Below, piece after piece: positions 1 to 13,955 of a stretch of DNA of 64,000 bases. Source of the DNA: Camelus dromedarius (taxonomy: Eukaryota). Position 1 is the first letter of the stretch. Every line of letters starts with the position of its first letter. The stretch spans positions 50,904,001 to 50,968,000 of the forward strand of contig NC_087436.1 of NCBI RefSeq assembly GCF_036321535.1, given 5' to 3'. The notes beneath the pieces are model-generated. The model saw nothing but the letters and a program-made list of their open reading frames with translations, did no database searches and was not told the origin of the DNA. The translations under genes and the position numbers were made by a program.

Positions 1-378
1 GGGTTCTGGGATTTTCAGGATGGCAAATGAGCATTGGCTTCAACTTAAAGTCACCAGTTGTATTAGCCCCTAACAAGAGAGTCATCCTGCCCTTTGAAGC
101 TTTGAAGCCAGGCATTGACTTCTCCTCTCTAGCTGTGAAAGTCCTAGATGGCGTCTTCTTCCAATAGAAGGCTGTTTCGTCTACACCGAAAGTCTGTTGT
201 TTAGTGTAGTCACCTTCATTAATTATGTTAGTTAGATCTTCTAGATAACTTTGCTGCAGTTTCTACATCATCAATTACTGCTTCACCTTGCACTTTTATG
301 TTGTGGAGATGGTTTCTTTCCTTAAATCTCATGCACCAACCTCTACTAGCTTCAGCTTTTTCTTCTGCAATTTCCTCA
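1..378 (-). mobile_element. Tigger1 (TcMar-Tigger) transposase fragment
   Basis: Minus-strand translation ASRGWCMRFKERNHLHNIKVQGEA is a Tigger CENP-B-type HTH segment; homologous to 52190-52560 of this window. Confidence 0.9.
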
Positions 379-870
379 AACCATCCTTGCATCCCTGGAA
401 TAAAACCCACTTGTTCATGATGGATGATTTTTTTTTTTAATTGTATTGTTGAATTTGGTTTGCTAATATTTCCTCAGACTTCTCCAATTTGTTGGTGTAT
501 GGTTGTTCACAGTAGTCTCTTATGACCCTTGTATTTCTTTGGTATCAGTTGTAACATCTCTTTCATTTCTGATTTGAGTTATTTGAGTCCTCTCTCTTTT
601 TCATGGTGAGTCTAGCTAAAAGTTTATCAATTTTATTTATCTTTTCAAAGAACCACCTCTTAATTTCATTGATCTTTTCTATTGTCTTTTTAGTATCTAT
701 TTCATTTATTTCTACTCAGATCTTTGTTATTTCTTTCCTTCTCCTAAATTTGGGCCTCATTTGTACTTCTTTTTCTAGTTCCTTGAGGTGTAAAGTTAAG
801 TTTTTAAATTTATTTACTTGAGATTTTTTGTTTCTTGACATAGGCATTTATCAATATGCACTTTCCTATT
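379..870 (-). mobile_element. L1 ORF2 fragments
   Basis: GFIPGMQGWF reverse-transcriptase motif on the minus strand, plus a typical antisense ORF2 segment. Confidence 0.85.
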
Positions 871-1074
871 CTAAGAATCTATGAAAAACATAGGTTTAAA
901 TTTTTTGCTTATCTGTTATGCTCAGTCATGTGTCATGAAGAATTTTTTCTATTCACAAAAAGTGATGGTATAAGCTTTAATTAATATTTATACTCACAGT
1001 ATTGGTATTGTGTTTTTCATATTTGATGGGTTTAGGAAATGGATTTTAATATCTGAGGATTTTCATTTCATGGC

Positions 1075-1290
1075 TTAGTGGTTAAGAGCTCATGACTTCA
1101 AATTCTGGCTGGGCCACTTACTGTCTTTGTAGTCTCGGGCAAATTACTTAATCTCCATTTTCCCATGTATAAAATTGGGTTAACAATTCTTAAGAGTTTT
1201 TATGTGTATTAAGTGAGATAATGGGTGGGAGGTGCATTACACAGACTCTGGCACACAGTAGACTTCTACTAATTAATGGTAATCATCATT
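1075..1290 (+). mobile_element. MIR SINE
   Basis: MIR core gggcaaattacttaatctc...tttcccatgtataaaattggg and tail. Confidence 0.7.
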
Positions 1291-2039
1291 ATCATACCTG
1301 TGAGTTTCACTGAACAAATAGGTCTTCAGATACTTTCAAACTTTAATCTCTAATTTTAACATGACATTTCTGAACTTAAAAAAATTAGTTTCTGTGTACC
1401 ACTGCTTACCCATCTTTGAAATGAAAATATGATGCCTTTCTCACAAGGGATCTATATTTTTAAAAATGACTTTGTGAGCAGTAATTGATGTTTGCCAATT
1501 TCTTTCAAGATGGACAGGATTAGGTGCTATATAATCATCACTGTTGTTATTTATATCAAAGCATAAGGCATTTAAAGAAAAGGACCATAAATTGATCCAT
1601 CCAGACACTAATTGAAATGTTTAGTTTTCTGTTGCACTTCATGCTTTTTAAAAACAGTCATTTTCTTGGTTTATCTTATGGTATTTCTTGATCCAAATAA
1701 GCATTTGAGGCCATGATCTAGAAAGAAGTTATCTGTCAGATTTGAGACTGAATATCAAGCCTCAAGAGGAAATGATAGAAAATGGGAAGAAATCATAGTG
1801 CTTCATCATAGGTGGGTATTTTAAGGCAGAGACTCATTAGTAATTTTACTGACTGGCTCAACTTACCAAGTTATTCAAGAATCTGGAAGAATAGAGGGAA
1901 ATCAGTCAAGCTTGACTGATTAAGGCCAATTGATCAGCATTTTCCAACTTCACTTCAAAGCCTTTATAACAGAATGTTGTTTAAAACTTAAAATTACCCC
2001 TACTTTTTTTTTTTTTACCATGCTTTTTAATATTTTAAA

Positions 2040-3560
2040 ATTCAGTAAAAATTTGCTGAGTGTCCATTACCAGGAGCAAAGCCTCATTCTCGATGCTAAG
2101 GGGAAGCTGTTACCCTCATGGAGCTTATAGTCTGCTCTCAGGGGGAACATGGAAAGAAATACCTGCTCTACAGGGCAGAGTGAAAGAAGTACTATGGAAA
2201 GTGTGGCTCCAACGTGTTGGCAACTATGTAGAAGAACCATTAGTTTTAACTGAAATGATCTGGGAAGGCTTTCAATTAAAAGGTGACATTCAAACCAAGC
2301 CTCAAAGGTGGAGTAGAATTTGAGGCAAAGGATTGATCTGTAGATATTTTAGGCCATGAAAACAACGTTAGTAAAGGTGAGAAGATGTGAAAGCATGTGT
2401 GTGTGTAGGAAGCAGCAAGCAGTGCCCAGTGCCTGAAGCAAAGGACTCCTGGCTTAGTGTGGAGAGTCAAAATAGAAACAGCAGTTTGGAAATCAATCTT
2501 AAAAGGACTTTGAATCATGTTATGGAGTTGGGCTTCATTTTAATAGACAGTGGAAGCCAGTGGACATTTTGGAGGAACTTAATCTGACCCATGTTCTGGG
2601 TGGTACTTTTACTAGCAAAGAATTAAGGAGGTGTGAGAGTTTAGGCCAGGAAACCAGGTACAATAACTGAAAATTCCAAGTTATTGTAAATATTGTATGC
2701 CAGGCATTGATAGATTAATTACGATGATTATATTAAGTAGTATGATTATTATAATACATTAACATATTAGTGATTTATAGGTGCTTTGTAGAATTTATTT
2801 ACTTAATTTTTACAAGGACCCTGGAATGTAAGTAATATCTTTATTTTAGAGATGAAGACATTGGAGGGTTAGAAGGATTAATTGCTCAAGGTCACATAGG
2901 TCATAGGTAGTGGGGCTGGAAATGAAGTGGTGGAAGAAACATTTGATTTAGAGCAACTGAATGCGGGATGTGAGAGAGAGAGTGAGTGAGAAACTGAAGA
3001 TGATTCCTGCTGGGGACCTTTAATGAAGATAGGAAGCATGATCACAAGGGTTTGGGATAGATAAATAAGGAATTCTGTTTTGAAAGTTTAGATTGAGATG
3101 TTGGCAAGACAAGCCAGGTGGAAATGTGGAGCTGGTTATTGGAAATAGAAATGTAAGGGTGAAGTAGTCGGGGAGTAATCAACATCAGTGAGCGGGGCAG
3201 CCTTGGGAGAAGGGAGAGAGCAGGAGAGGCTGAAGAGAGCACCGTCCACCTAAGAATGGAGAGGGGAACTGGAGAAGGAAGAGTCGGAAAGCTGGGGAGA
3301 AACCAGAATGTGAAAGAGTAGTGAACAAGCCGCCAGGGGTGGAGAGAACCTCAGAGATACTGGGTGGTGAGTAGGTCATTTGTTGTGCACCAGAGAGGGG
3401 ATGGCGTGGGGATTCTGGCTTTACTTGGTAAGTAGAAGTCCATGGGTAGTTTATGAAAAACAAAAACAAGACAATTTCAGTGGAGTGGAATGATCGGGAG
3501 CTGAGGGTCAGGGGTGAGGAATGAGTGGATGGTAAAGAAATGTGATAGACCTCAAGGGAC
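2040..3560 (-). mobile_element. Degenerate L2 LINE with an internal MIR (about 2690-2920)
   Basis: Purine-rich L2-like text and an L2 3'-end-like motif at 2040; boundaries approximate. Confidence 0.5.
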
Positions 3561-4781
3561 TTTTTATTTTTTATTGTTGAGTTGCGGAGAGTCCTTAAAC
3601 TGAGGGAAAAGGGCAGTGGAGAGAGAGATTTTTAAAAGAGTGAAGGATCATTTATTGGCTTTAGTTTCAAAGTGAAATAAAAAGATGACCAGAGGACAGA
3701 CAGAGAAGCTGGCAAAGGAAAAGATAAGGCTCCCCTCCTCGATCCCCCTCCCCCACCTTAACAGAAAAGAAACAGGGGAAAAAAAAAAATGGGTAGATAT
3801 ACCAAGAAAAAGTCTGGCCTAATGGAGAAAAGTTGAGAAAATTATTTTCTGAAAATCTGTATCTCAGTGAGACTTAGTGGCCTACGAGATGTTTTTATAT
3901 TTCCAAAGTGCCTGTTCTTTTCCTTTAAAACATTCATCACACTTAAAATTACTTGTTCAGCATCCGATTTCACCGGTGGATTTCAGTCCACTCTTTTAAG
4001 AGGTCAGCCAGGGTGTCTGTCTTGTTCCCTGCTGAGCCTCCAGTATATAGAAAAAACTGCGTGCCTGGCACATAGTAAATTCTCTAAACAGATTTGGTGT
4101 GTTAATACTCAAAGATGCCATAGAGTTTCTCTCTCTATCTCTCAGCGGTGCTGAAAAGTGCCCGACACACAATAAACACTTGACAAATGCTTGCTAAAGG
4201 AATGCTTCTCACAGAAATATAAAGTGAATTCACTTATTGAGATGATAATAATGAAAACATTTTGAGTTCTTCCTATGTGCTAGACACTACATGAAGTAAT
4301 GATATGGTGGCTGCTGTAGTAGAGAAAGCATGGACTTTCGGGGGTTACATGGTAACAGTCTCTTTCTTACTCACAAATGCTACAAAATGCCTGTCCCTGA
4401 TGGGCAGGCTGCTGCTCCTTTTAGGGATCCAGGCTCCTTCCATCTTCCAGCCCCACCGTCTCCTACTCCTTTGCCTATAAACTGGGGAAGAAATTGAGAA
4501 TGTGGCCCCACAGACATGCAGATAGGTTAGGGAGCCACTTCCTAGGAACAGCTCTCCCTTACAGAACCGAGAACATGAATTTTGGTGGACACTTACCAAT
4601 CTCTTCCACACATTTTTTTTCTTTTTTACCATTTGAAATAGCGCAAGGACGAGGCACTATTATCTCCATCTTATAGACAAGACGACTGAAGCTTAGACCT
4701 GTCCCCAAACAATAGGGTTCTAATTTGGGATTTAAACTTACATCTATCTGCCTCAATAGCCTCTATTCTTAACTGTTAGAC

Positions 4782-5019
4782 CTTTGTTTCTCAAGTAGGA
4801 GTGATTTTATTCCCGAGGTACGAGGGGGCATTTGGCAGTGTCTGCAGACATATTTTTGAGGGGGCGGGGAAGGTATTACTGGCGTCTGGTGGGTAGAGAC
4901 CAGGGATGCCACTAACAGCTTAGAATGTGAAAGACCTCCCCCCACCCCCAGCCATACACACACAAAACAAAAAAGTATCAGGCTCCAAATGCCACTAGTG
5001 CCAAGGCTGAGAAATTCTG
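4782..5019 (+). mobile_element. MER20 (hAT-Charlie) MITE
   Basis: gggggcatttggcagtgtctgcagacat...ggtagagaccagggatgc...gccaaggctgagaaattctg resembles the MER20 consensus and termini. Confidence 0.8.
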
Positions 5020-5317
5020 CACTGGACTGTATCCTACCCATGATGGCGGAAGGTCAGATATAGACAAGACACGATTGAAAAAGATGAGGAACAGCTGCTT
5101 TAAGGACTAAGCTAAAGTTCATTATGAAAGGATGAAAGGATTGGTGAAGAGCAGAAAGGTGCTGGTGGTTGTCAAATGCAGAAGGTAAGTGGCTTTATTA
5201 TTTTTCTATCAGCTACTCGGCATTTGGGACTTGATAGTATTTTTAAAGAAGTCAGTGATCTGTACTTTACTGGGTGAAAATATTACCTTTATGTTTTAAT
5301 TTTATTTCTGAACTCAG

Positions 5318-5536
5318 GGAGACCAGACCCGTCCTTTTATCACATCTAGTCCTACGAATGGGGCCCAATCCGTTGCAGAAGGCTGGGTCGCTAAAAACCC
5401 ATATGACACGCATTTTGGTGATGTACACTTTTATGACTATACTGGAGATTGCTGGGACTGGACAATTTTCCCCAAAGCTCGATTTGCATCTGAGTATGGA
5501 TATCAGTCCTGGCCCTCCTTCAGTACATTAGAAAAG
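5318..5536 (+). CDS. MANBA: Beta-mannosidase exon (human exon 12 equivalent), GH2 catalytic domain with nucleophile motif SEYG
   Basis: ctcag|GGA...AAG|gtaagc, 219 nt, phase 0-0; translates [15 protein letters not shown]...[23 protein letters not shown], matching mammalian MANBA. Confidence 0.97.
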
Positions 5537-6114
5537 GTAAGCCAACCTTGATTTCCCCGGGATTCAGAGTGGTAGGCATACCGCCTCCTCACTGTGGTTC
5601 AGAAAGTCACATGAAATCTACTTCCTATTTAAATGAAAGTTAATGAAGGAGATAATAGGAAAGAACTTGTTTCTTTAACCTTTGGGGTGCTAAACCCTTG
5701 GGGTCATCTTTTGGGGGATTATCACTTTCTATATTGCTTTTAATTATGTTCTTCAAGGGCATTTAAAAATTAAATGGGAGTCAGTGGTTGCTTAAGCCTG
5801 ACTTATCACACATGAAAATTTCTTTCACCTGCTACTTTCTATATACCCTACAATCGTTTTCTGTTTTTATCGTTTACAGACATTTAGAGCTGGATAGTTT
5901 GCTACAGAAAGAGAAATAGATGTGATAAATAAACCTTTATCTGATGTTATTGTATCATTCCTTTTATCTTCTCTCCTCTTCCTCCTCTTCCTCTTCCTTT
6001 TTTTTTTTTTTTCCTGTCATGTTGGTGTATTTGATTTTCAGGATAGCATTCCACTTTCTCTGTTCCTGAAGAGTCAGCTTCATAGATGGATTCTGTTTCA
6101 GACCTGTGTTCTTT

Positions 6115-8870
6115 TTTTTAAACAGCTTTATTGAGATGTTATTCAGTGACCACACAACATACCCATTTAATGTGTACAGTTTAATGGTTTTCAGAATATC
6201 ACAGTTGTGCAGCCATCACCATGATCTAATTTTAGAACATTTTAATTACCTCTGTGCTCTCTGTATTAGCAGTCACTCCTCACTCCATCTGTCCCACCCC
6301 AGCTCTAGGCACTACTCATCTGCTTTATGTGTCTATATATTTGTCTATTCTTACATTTCATATAATTGGAATCATATCATATGTGATTTAAAAAAATTCT
6401 TACTTTTTATTGAAGTGTAGTTGATTTACAGTGTTAGTTTCAGGTATACAGCAAAGCAGTTCAGTTATGCATATTCATGCATACATATATATATTTTAAG
6501 TTTCTTTTCCATTATGGCTTGTTATAAGAAATTGAATGTATTTCCCTGTGCTATACAGTAGGTTCTTGTTGTTTATCTGTTTTATATATAGTAATGTGTA
6601 TCTGTTAATCCCAAACTCCTAATCTATGCCTCTCCCCATTCTTTCCTCCCTGGTAACCACAGTTTGTTTCCTATGTCCATCCATGAGTCTATTTCTGGTT
6701 TGTAAATAAAATTTGTATCTTTCTTTTTTTTTTTTTTCTTTAGATTCCACATATAAGCAAGACCATGTGATATTTGTCTTTCTCTTTCTGACTTACTTCA
6801 CTTAATATGATAATCTCTAGGTCCCTCCATGTTGCCATATGTGATCTTTTGAGACTGGCTTCTTTCACTCAGCATAAAGTTTTTGAGTTCATCCATGTTG
6901 TATCATGTATTAGTATGTCTTTTTTATTGCTGAATAATATTCCATTTATGGATATACCACATTTTGTTTATCCAGTCATCAGTTGATATACATTTGTGTT
7001 ATTCCCTCCTTTTGGCTATTATGAATAATGCTGCTATGTACATATTTTTGTGTGAATACACATTTTCAGTTCTATTAAGTATATACCTGGGAGTAGAATT
7101 GCTGGGTTATATGGTAACTCTAAGTTTAACATTCCAAGGAACTGCCAAACTCTTCCATAGTGGCTGTACCATTTACATTCCCACTAGCAACATATAGGAG
7201 TTCCAGTTTCTCCACATCGTTGCCAACACTTGTTGTCTCCTTTTTTCCCCCATTGCCCTGGAAATTTACATTTACAGGAAGTTTGCATTTCTTTGATGGC
7301 TAATCATGTTGAACATCTTTTTATGTGCTTATTGGCTCTCTGTATATCTTCTTTGGAGAAATGTGTATTCAGATCCTTTGCCCATATTTTAATTAGGTTC
7401 TTTGTCTTTTTATTATTGAATTATAAGAGTTTATTGTAAGAGTTTATAAAAATACCATAACATATTTATAAAAAAAATACCACCTATATAATATATGATT
7501 TGCAAACATTTCCCCCAATTTGTGGGTTTTCTTTTTTTACTTACTTGATGGTGTTATTCAATGGACTGGACAACATTTTTAAATTTTGAAGCTCTACTTA
7601 TCAATCTTCTCTTTTGTCTTTTGTGCTTTGATGTTGTATCTAAGAAACCATTGCCTAAACTAAAATCCCTAAAGTTTACTCCTGTGTTGACCTTTAGTTT
7701 TAGCTCTTATATTTAGGGCTATGGTCCATTTTGAGTTAATTATTCTGAACGGTGTGAGGTTGGTATATAATTGTGGACAGCCAATTGTCCCCACACCATT
7801 TATTGAAAACATTATTCTTTCTTCTATTGAATCTCTTGACTCCTTTGTCAAAAATCAGTAGACCATAAATGTTAAGGTTTATTTCTGGATTGTCAATTCT
7901 GTTCCATTGCATGTGTCAATTATATACTAATTTGCACTGTTATCATTATTATAGCTTTGTAGTAAATTTTGAAATCAGGAAGTGTGAATCAACCAACTTC
8001 AATCTTCTTTTTGAGATTGTTTTGACTGTTCTGGGTTCCTTGCATTTCCATATGAACTTTAGGATCACCTTGCCAGTTTCTGCAAAAAAGCCAGCTGGGA
8101 TTTTGATAGGGACTGTGTTGAATCTGTAGATCAGTTTGCAAAGTATTGCCATCTTAACAATACTGAGTCTTCTGGTCCATGAACACGTGATATCTTCTTT
8201 AATTTCTTTCAACACTTTTGTAGTTTTCAGTGAACAAGTCTTATACTTCTTTGGTTAAATTTACTCCTCAGGGTTTTTTTTTTGTTGTTGTTGGTGGTGG
8301 TGCGGTTATAAATGGGATTATTTTCTTAATTTTATTTTCAGATTGTTTATTGTTAGTGCACAAAGATCCAATTGACTTTTGTATACTGAACTTATATTCT
8401 GCAACCTTGCAGAACTCATTTATTACCTCTAATAGATTTTCTTCTTTTTTTAATTTTTTTTGGTGTGTGTGAATTCTTTAGGGTTTTCTGTATGTAAGAG
8501 CATGTCATCTGCAGATAGAGGTAGTTTTAGTTTTTCCTTTCCAAACTGAATGCTTTTTTTTTAGTGTTCTTGCCTAATTTGCCCTGGTTAAAACCTCTGG
8601 TACAGTGTAGAATAGAAGTGGTAAGAGCAGACAATCTTTACTCATTCCTTTTCTTAGGGAGATTTCTTTTTTTTTTTTTTTTTTGGAGATATTCTTTTCA
8701 TTATTTAGTATGATGTTAACTGTAGGTTTTTCATGCATGCCTTTTATCAGGTTAAAGAAAGTCCCTTTTATTCCTCATTTGTTGTGTGTTTATATCATGA
8801 AAGAGTGTTGGGTTTTGTCAAATGCTTTTTCTTCATCTATTGAAATGATTATGTAATTTTTTCCTCTTCG
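6115..8870 (-). mobile_element. Old L1M (3' end plus ORF2) with a nested younger L1
   Basis: ORF2 remnants such as [20 protein letters not shown] (7949-8215); L1MB-type 3' end at 6120. Confidence 0.9.
6388..6835 (-). mobile_element. Younger 5'-truncated L1 3' end inserted into the older L1
   Basis: TSD catatgtgat at 6378-6387 and 6836-6845; artiodactyl-type L1 3'UTR. Confidence 0.85.
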
Positions 8871-9914
8871 CATCACTTGTGTGAAGTAACTACAAAAATT
8901 TTTGTAATAGAATTTAGAAGCCTTCCTTAGTCTCACCACCTGAACACAACTATATTTATTCCTACATGTTGAAGTTATATTGTATTTTTAACTTTAATAA
9001 ATAATGTCATAACCTTAGTTCTAACCCCTTTTTTATTACTCCCATATTGTGGGGCCAGTCTTTCAGAAATACTGTTGTTCCACAGTGAAAGAGGATGGAG
9101 TTAAGTATCTTGACTCAGATAGGAACAAGTGTTGAGAATGGGAGGAAGGAATAAAAGAAGCAAATAATTTATTGAGCATATCCTCTGTACCAGGTATATC
9201 ATTTAACAATAATCCACCCCCCTGCACTTTAACTGTGACCTAGGAGGAAACCAAGGCACTAGGGAGTGAGAGTTTTATCAGTGTTCCCGAATAGTAAGTA
9301 GCATATCTGTATACAAGCTTATTGTCTGACTCCAGAATTGATCTATTTTGTTTTCACTTCATTTCAGGAAGATGAGTGTTAGAAACTGCTGAACCTTTTT
9401 CTTAAATCTATAACTATTTCTATTTATCTCCTGAAAATAATGGAATTACCATGTTTTTGTGAAATGCCTGATGATGTTCAAAGATGCTAAACACTGTATT
9501 TTAAAAGAGAGAAAGGTGGAGATTAAATTCTGTTTCTTATGAACCCTCAAGTTAGTTGTTGCCTCTTTTCAAGCTACATTGCTTAGTTGAGGATTTGAAT
9601 AGGCATTGGGAAAATAAAAGAAATCAAAAGAAAATCTTTACATAAAACTTTGGCTCTTTTCTTTGGAGCTTTTTTCATGTATTCAACAAATATGTTTAAA
9701 TGTCTTTCTCTGGTTTGGGATACGTTACTTCTTCATAAAGCAATCATATTTCCAACAGGAGATTATCCATGTTGCACAGTGATTGAAAGGTTGGGTTTTG
9801 GAATGAACAGATCAGGATTTGAATACTGGAACTTCTACACACTAGCTATATTGCCTTGAACAAATTGTTTATCCTTCTTGAATTTCAGTGTCTTCACCTG
9901 TAAATTCAAGGAGA

Positions 9915-9991
9915 GTGTGTGTGTGTGTGTGTGTGCACATGCAGGTATGCATGTGTATGTGTGCACATGCAGGTATGCATGTGTGTGTGTG
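9915..9991. repeat. (GT)n compound microsatellite with duplicated gtgcacatgcaggtatgcat, inside a MIR (about 9780-10085)
   Basis: Read directly from the sequence. Confidence 0.9.
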
Positions 9992-10109
9992 ATCTGTGTA
10001 AAGATTAAGTTTATTAATACATTGAAACACTTGGTGTAGTTCTTGACACATAGTGATGAGCCCATAAAATGTAAGCTATTATTACTATATGTAGTTCATT
10101 CTAGCCACA

Positions 10110-10290
10110 TGGTTTATTTGAAAGTTGGATCTAGATTACACTCACTAGCTTGGATCTTGGGCAAATTACTTAGCCTTTCCATGCCTGGTTTTCTCATCTG
10201 TAACATAGGGTGATAATGGTATCTCCTCATAGGGTTGTTAGGAGAATTAAATGAGTTAATACTCTTAAAGCAATTAGAACCTTACTTGAC
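10110..10290 (+). mobile_element. MIR SINE
   Basis: cttgggcaaattacttagcc...ttttctcatctgtaacatagggtgataat core. Confidence 0.75.
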
Positions 10291-11603
10291 ATTTTCTAAT
10301 TCTTTCTGGTAACACTGTTACAGCTGAAATTCACAAGAATCCCAAACCATAGCTATCAGAAGATAGAAAGCTTTCCACATAACAGATCAGGTTTAAGATT
10401 ATGGGATATTCAAATAATTACCAGTCAGAGGGCTGAGAGGCCCACAGATGTGTTTCAGACTTGGAAAGGAAGACACCTAGAAAGAAGGGAAGACTATTAG
10501 TAAATGTATGTGTATCTCAAATGTAACAAGATGACTAAATACTAATACTTCTGCTTCAAATAAATAATAGGAGTAATTAGTGTTCTCTAAATTGTCTGGT
10601 GGTTATAGTTTCAAAAAACAGATACAATCTGGGAAAATTCCCACATTAAATATGGCTACTGTACATTGCTTCTATTTTGGTATAAATAAATTCCTAAAGA
10701 ATAACTTTCCTTTTATGGTGATTGGTCTGTGCATTGCATGGTCACTGGGAATTGTAAGTCATATTCTGTGAACACAGATTAAGCTTTCTAATTTTCAAGG
10801 TATTTTTCATTTTGGAGGGGAGGTAATTTTCAAGGGTTTTTTGACGGTGGGGTGGAATAAGTTTTTCCAAAGTCTTTGTGTAACTTGGATTAAACCTCTG
10901 ATCTTTTCAGATATAATTTGTCAGATTCTAACATTGCATTAAATCATAGGTCTAGAAGACAGAGTTATTGCTTTTTTTCCCTGTAATATGTACACTGCTA
11001 ATGTGTGTGATATTTGTTTTCATTTTTTACTTTGACCTGATGATAGCTTCTCAAAGGAAAAGAAAGATTCTGTAAGTTAAAAAAATTATTACTAGGGGAA
11101 AGAAGTATCATTGTTTGGTTTGTATCTTCAACTATGTCAAAATTAAACATGTATGTATATATATATATCAAGTTTGTTTAGTAATCATTGAGAAACAAAT
11201 GAGCAAGTGCTAAAGCATTTACCATCTTAATAGGATATTGTATTATTGCAAAGAATTGATGGTTTAAAAAGAATTTTGATTTCAGTTCATTATTCAGTTT
11301 TGACAGTTTATTTACTTAGATAAAATGACATTTAAAATGCACATGAGTGTTTAAAAAAACAAGAATAATGTTTTGATAAGACTTTTGATAGAAATATTGA
11401 ATTGTAACTTTCTAGGTTTGAATAAGGCTGATCTTTGACCAATAACAAGTATGATGGCAAAAATACGTGTGAAATCAAGAGTCACAGAACAAACCCTGAG
11501 ATCTTTCGCACTGTGTAGTACTTTTCAAGTTTGTCAGGGATGTGAAGGAGAGCAGTTTCATTCCTGACTTCCCAATTTGAACCACTTACTCTTTACTTGA
11601 AAG

Positions 11604-11768
11604 GTTTCGTCTGAAGAAGATTGGTTTTACAAAAGCAATTTTTCACTTCATCGACAACATCATGCAAATGGTAACTCTGAAATGCTCCACCAGGCGAGAC
11701 TTCACTTCAAACTCCCCCAAAGTGCAGATCGATTACGCATGTTCAGAGACACTATTTATCTTACTCAG
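11604..11768 (+). CDS. MANBA: Beta-mannosidase exon (exon 13 equivalent)
   Basis: gaaag|GTT...CAG|gtaagc, 165 nt; [20 protein letters not shown]...FRDTIYLTQ. Confidence 0.97.
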
Positions 11769-11999
11769 GTAAGCCATTTTCACTCTGGGGTGCAACAGGT
11801 AGCTGCCGTTAACATAAAGAGATCTCGTAGATTCTGTAAACCTTGTGTGGTGAAAAAACATTCAGGTTTTCATTTTGCTGATTTAAAAAAATGATCTTCA
11901 AAATAGATACATGATGACATGTAAGACTTGACATAGTTAATTTTTGGCATTCATCTCTCTTACAAGAACAGCTTACAAAGTTCTACAACAAATTGTGTG

Positions 12000-13385
12000 T
12001 TAAAATGTTCCCTGGCTCAAAATTACTATCAGGGTTGTGTAATTAAGTCCATAGCGTTTACCAAGGATCAACTGGGACAACGGAACACAATAGAATCCAG
12101 AAACAGACTCATGTATAGTATGGTCACCTGATTTACGGTCACAGTGCCACTGCAATCTTGTGGGAAAAGATAGTCTTATCAGTAAACAGCACTGTATCAA
12201 GGGGGTATCTTTCTGGGAAATAAATGAACTGTGACTCCATATACAAAAATTAATTTGATCAGTGATCAAACACTCAACTGTGAAATGTAATACAATAAAG
12301 CTTCTAGGAGAAAACGTAGGAGAATATCTTCATGACCTTGGTACAGGAAAATGATTTCTTAAACAGGACATAAAAAACACTGACTATGAAAAAAAAAATT
12401 GGACTTCATTAAAATTATGGACTTTTGCATATCAAAGGCAACATTAAGAGAGAGAAAATGCAAGCCACAGATTGGGGTACAACGTTTGTAATATGTACAT
12501 CTGATAAAAAGATTTGTATTTAGAATAAAGAACTTCTGTAAAGCCGTAAGAAAAAGACAGCTACCCTATTAAAAAATGGACAAGAACCTTGAACAGGCAC
12601 TTCCTCAGAGAAGCTAACCAGATGGTCAGGAAGTATACGAAAATATGCTCAATTTCATTCTTAGTCAAAGAAATACAAATTAGAGCCATGCCAGGATGCT
12701 CCTACACCCTATGTACACAATGTAATTTTAGCACAATGGCTAAAATTAGAAAGATTGACCATACCAACTGTTGGTGAGGAGGTGGGACAGCTGGAACTTT
12801 TAGACATTGTTAGTAGGAGTGGAAATTTGTTTAAACACTGGAAAATTTTATGACAGTTTCTATCCAAGCTAAACATTTGCTTCCTCTTTGAATCAGCATT
12901 TCTACTCCTAGCTATGTACCCAAGAAAAATGAGTGCATACATCTGCCAACAGACATCTAAAATAATGTTCATTGCAGCTTTATTCATAATAGCTCCATAC
13001 TGGAAACAACCTAAATGTTCTTTAACAGAAGAATTTATAACCAAATTGTGGAATATTTATACAGTGGAATACTCCACAGCAATAAAAAAAAAATGAACTA
13101 CTGATATCAGCTGTTTGGGTGAATCTCAAAGACATGTTGAGCAAAAGAAACATTGAAGTTTCACTATAGACAAAATGAATCAAGATGGTTTAGAGAAAAT
13201 TAGTGGTAAACACCCTTGCAGAGGAAGATGGTGGATTATAATTAGGAAAGGCTATAAGGAAACTTGCTGGAGTGCTAAAAAAGTTTTGTATCTTGATCTG
13301 GATACTGGTTACATGGGTGTATACGTATGTTAAAATTCACTGAGTTGTACATTTAAAATCTGCTCATGTTACATTATGCACCTTA
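12000..13385 (+). mobile_element. Old L1M ORF2 3' part and 3'UTR
   Basis: MFIAALFIIAPYWKQPKC ORF2 C-terminal motif (12914-13096). Confidence 0.85.
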
Positions 13386-13394
13386 CTGGATTAT

Positions 13395-13955
13395 TTTTAA
13401 AGAGCTCTATTGAGATATAATTGACATACCATAAAAGTCACTCGTTTTAAGTATACAATTAAGTGATTTCTAGTGTACTTATTGAGTCATGTGACCATTG
13501 CCGTAATCCAATTTTAGAACATTCTGATACTACAAAGAGATTCCTCTTGCCCAATTGCAATCACTCTTCTTTCTCTCTTTCAACCCCAGGCAAACATTAA
13601 CTTGCTTTCCTTTTCTGTAGATTTTAGTTTTCTCAACATTTCATGTGACTGGAATCATACGATATATGATCTTTGGTATGTGGCTCCTTTCACCAAGTTC
13701 TTGCCGTGTTACAGCATATATCTGCACTTCACTCCTCTTTCTTGCTAAATAGTATTCTTTTGTATGCATGTATCATGTTTTACTTATCCATCCATCAGTT
13801 GATGGACATTTGGATTATTTCCACATTTTGACTCTTCTGCTATGGATATTTGCATATAAATCTTTGTACCTATAATTTCATTTCTCATGGTTAGAAATAT
13901 GTAAATGAAATTGCTGAATTATGTGGCAAATTTGTGTTTAACTTGCAAAGAAAAT
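13395..13955 (-). mobile_element. Old L1M 3' end
   Basis: tattgagatataattgacataccataaa...atccatcagttgatggacatttgg. Confidence 0.8.

Noticed and set aside
6048..6066. EQRKWN-coding 18-mer shared with 15065-15083
   Set aside because: A 17/18 match in pyrimidine-biased sequence is plausible by chance in 64 kb, and the flanks do not align.
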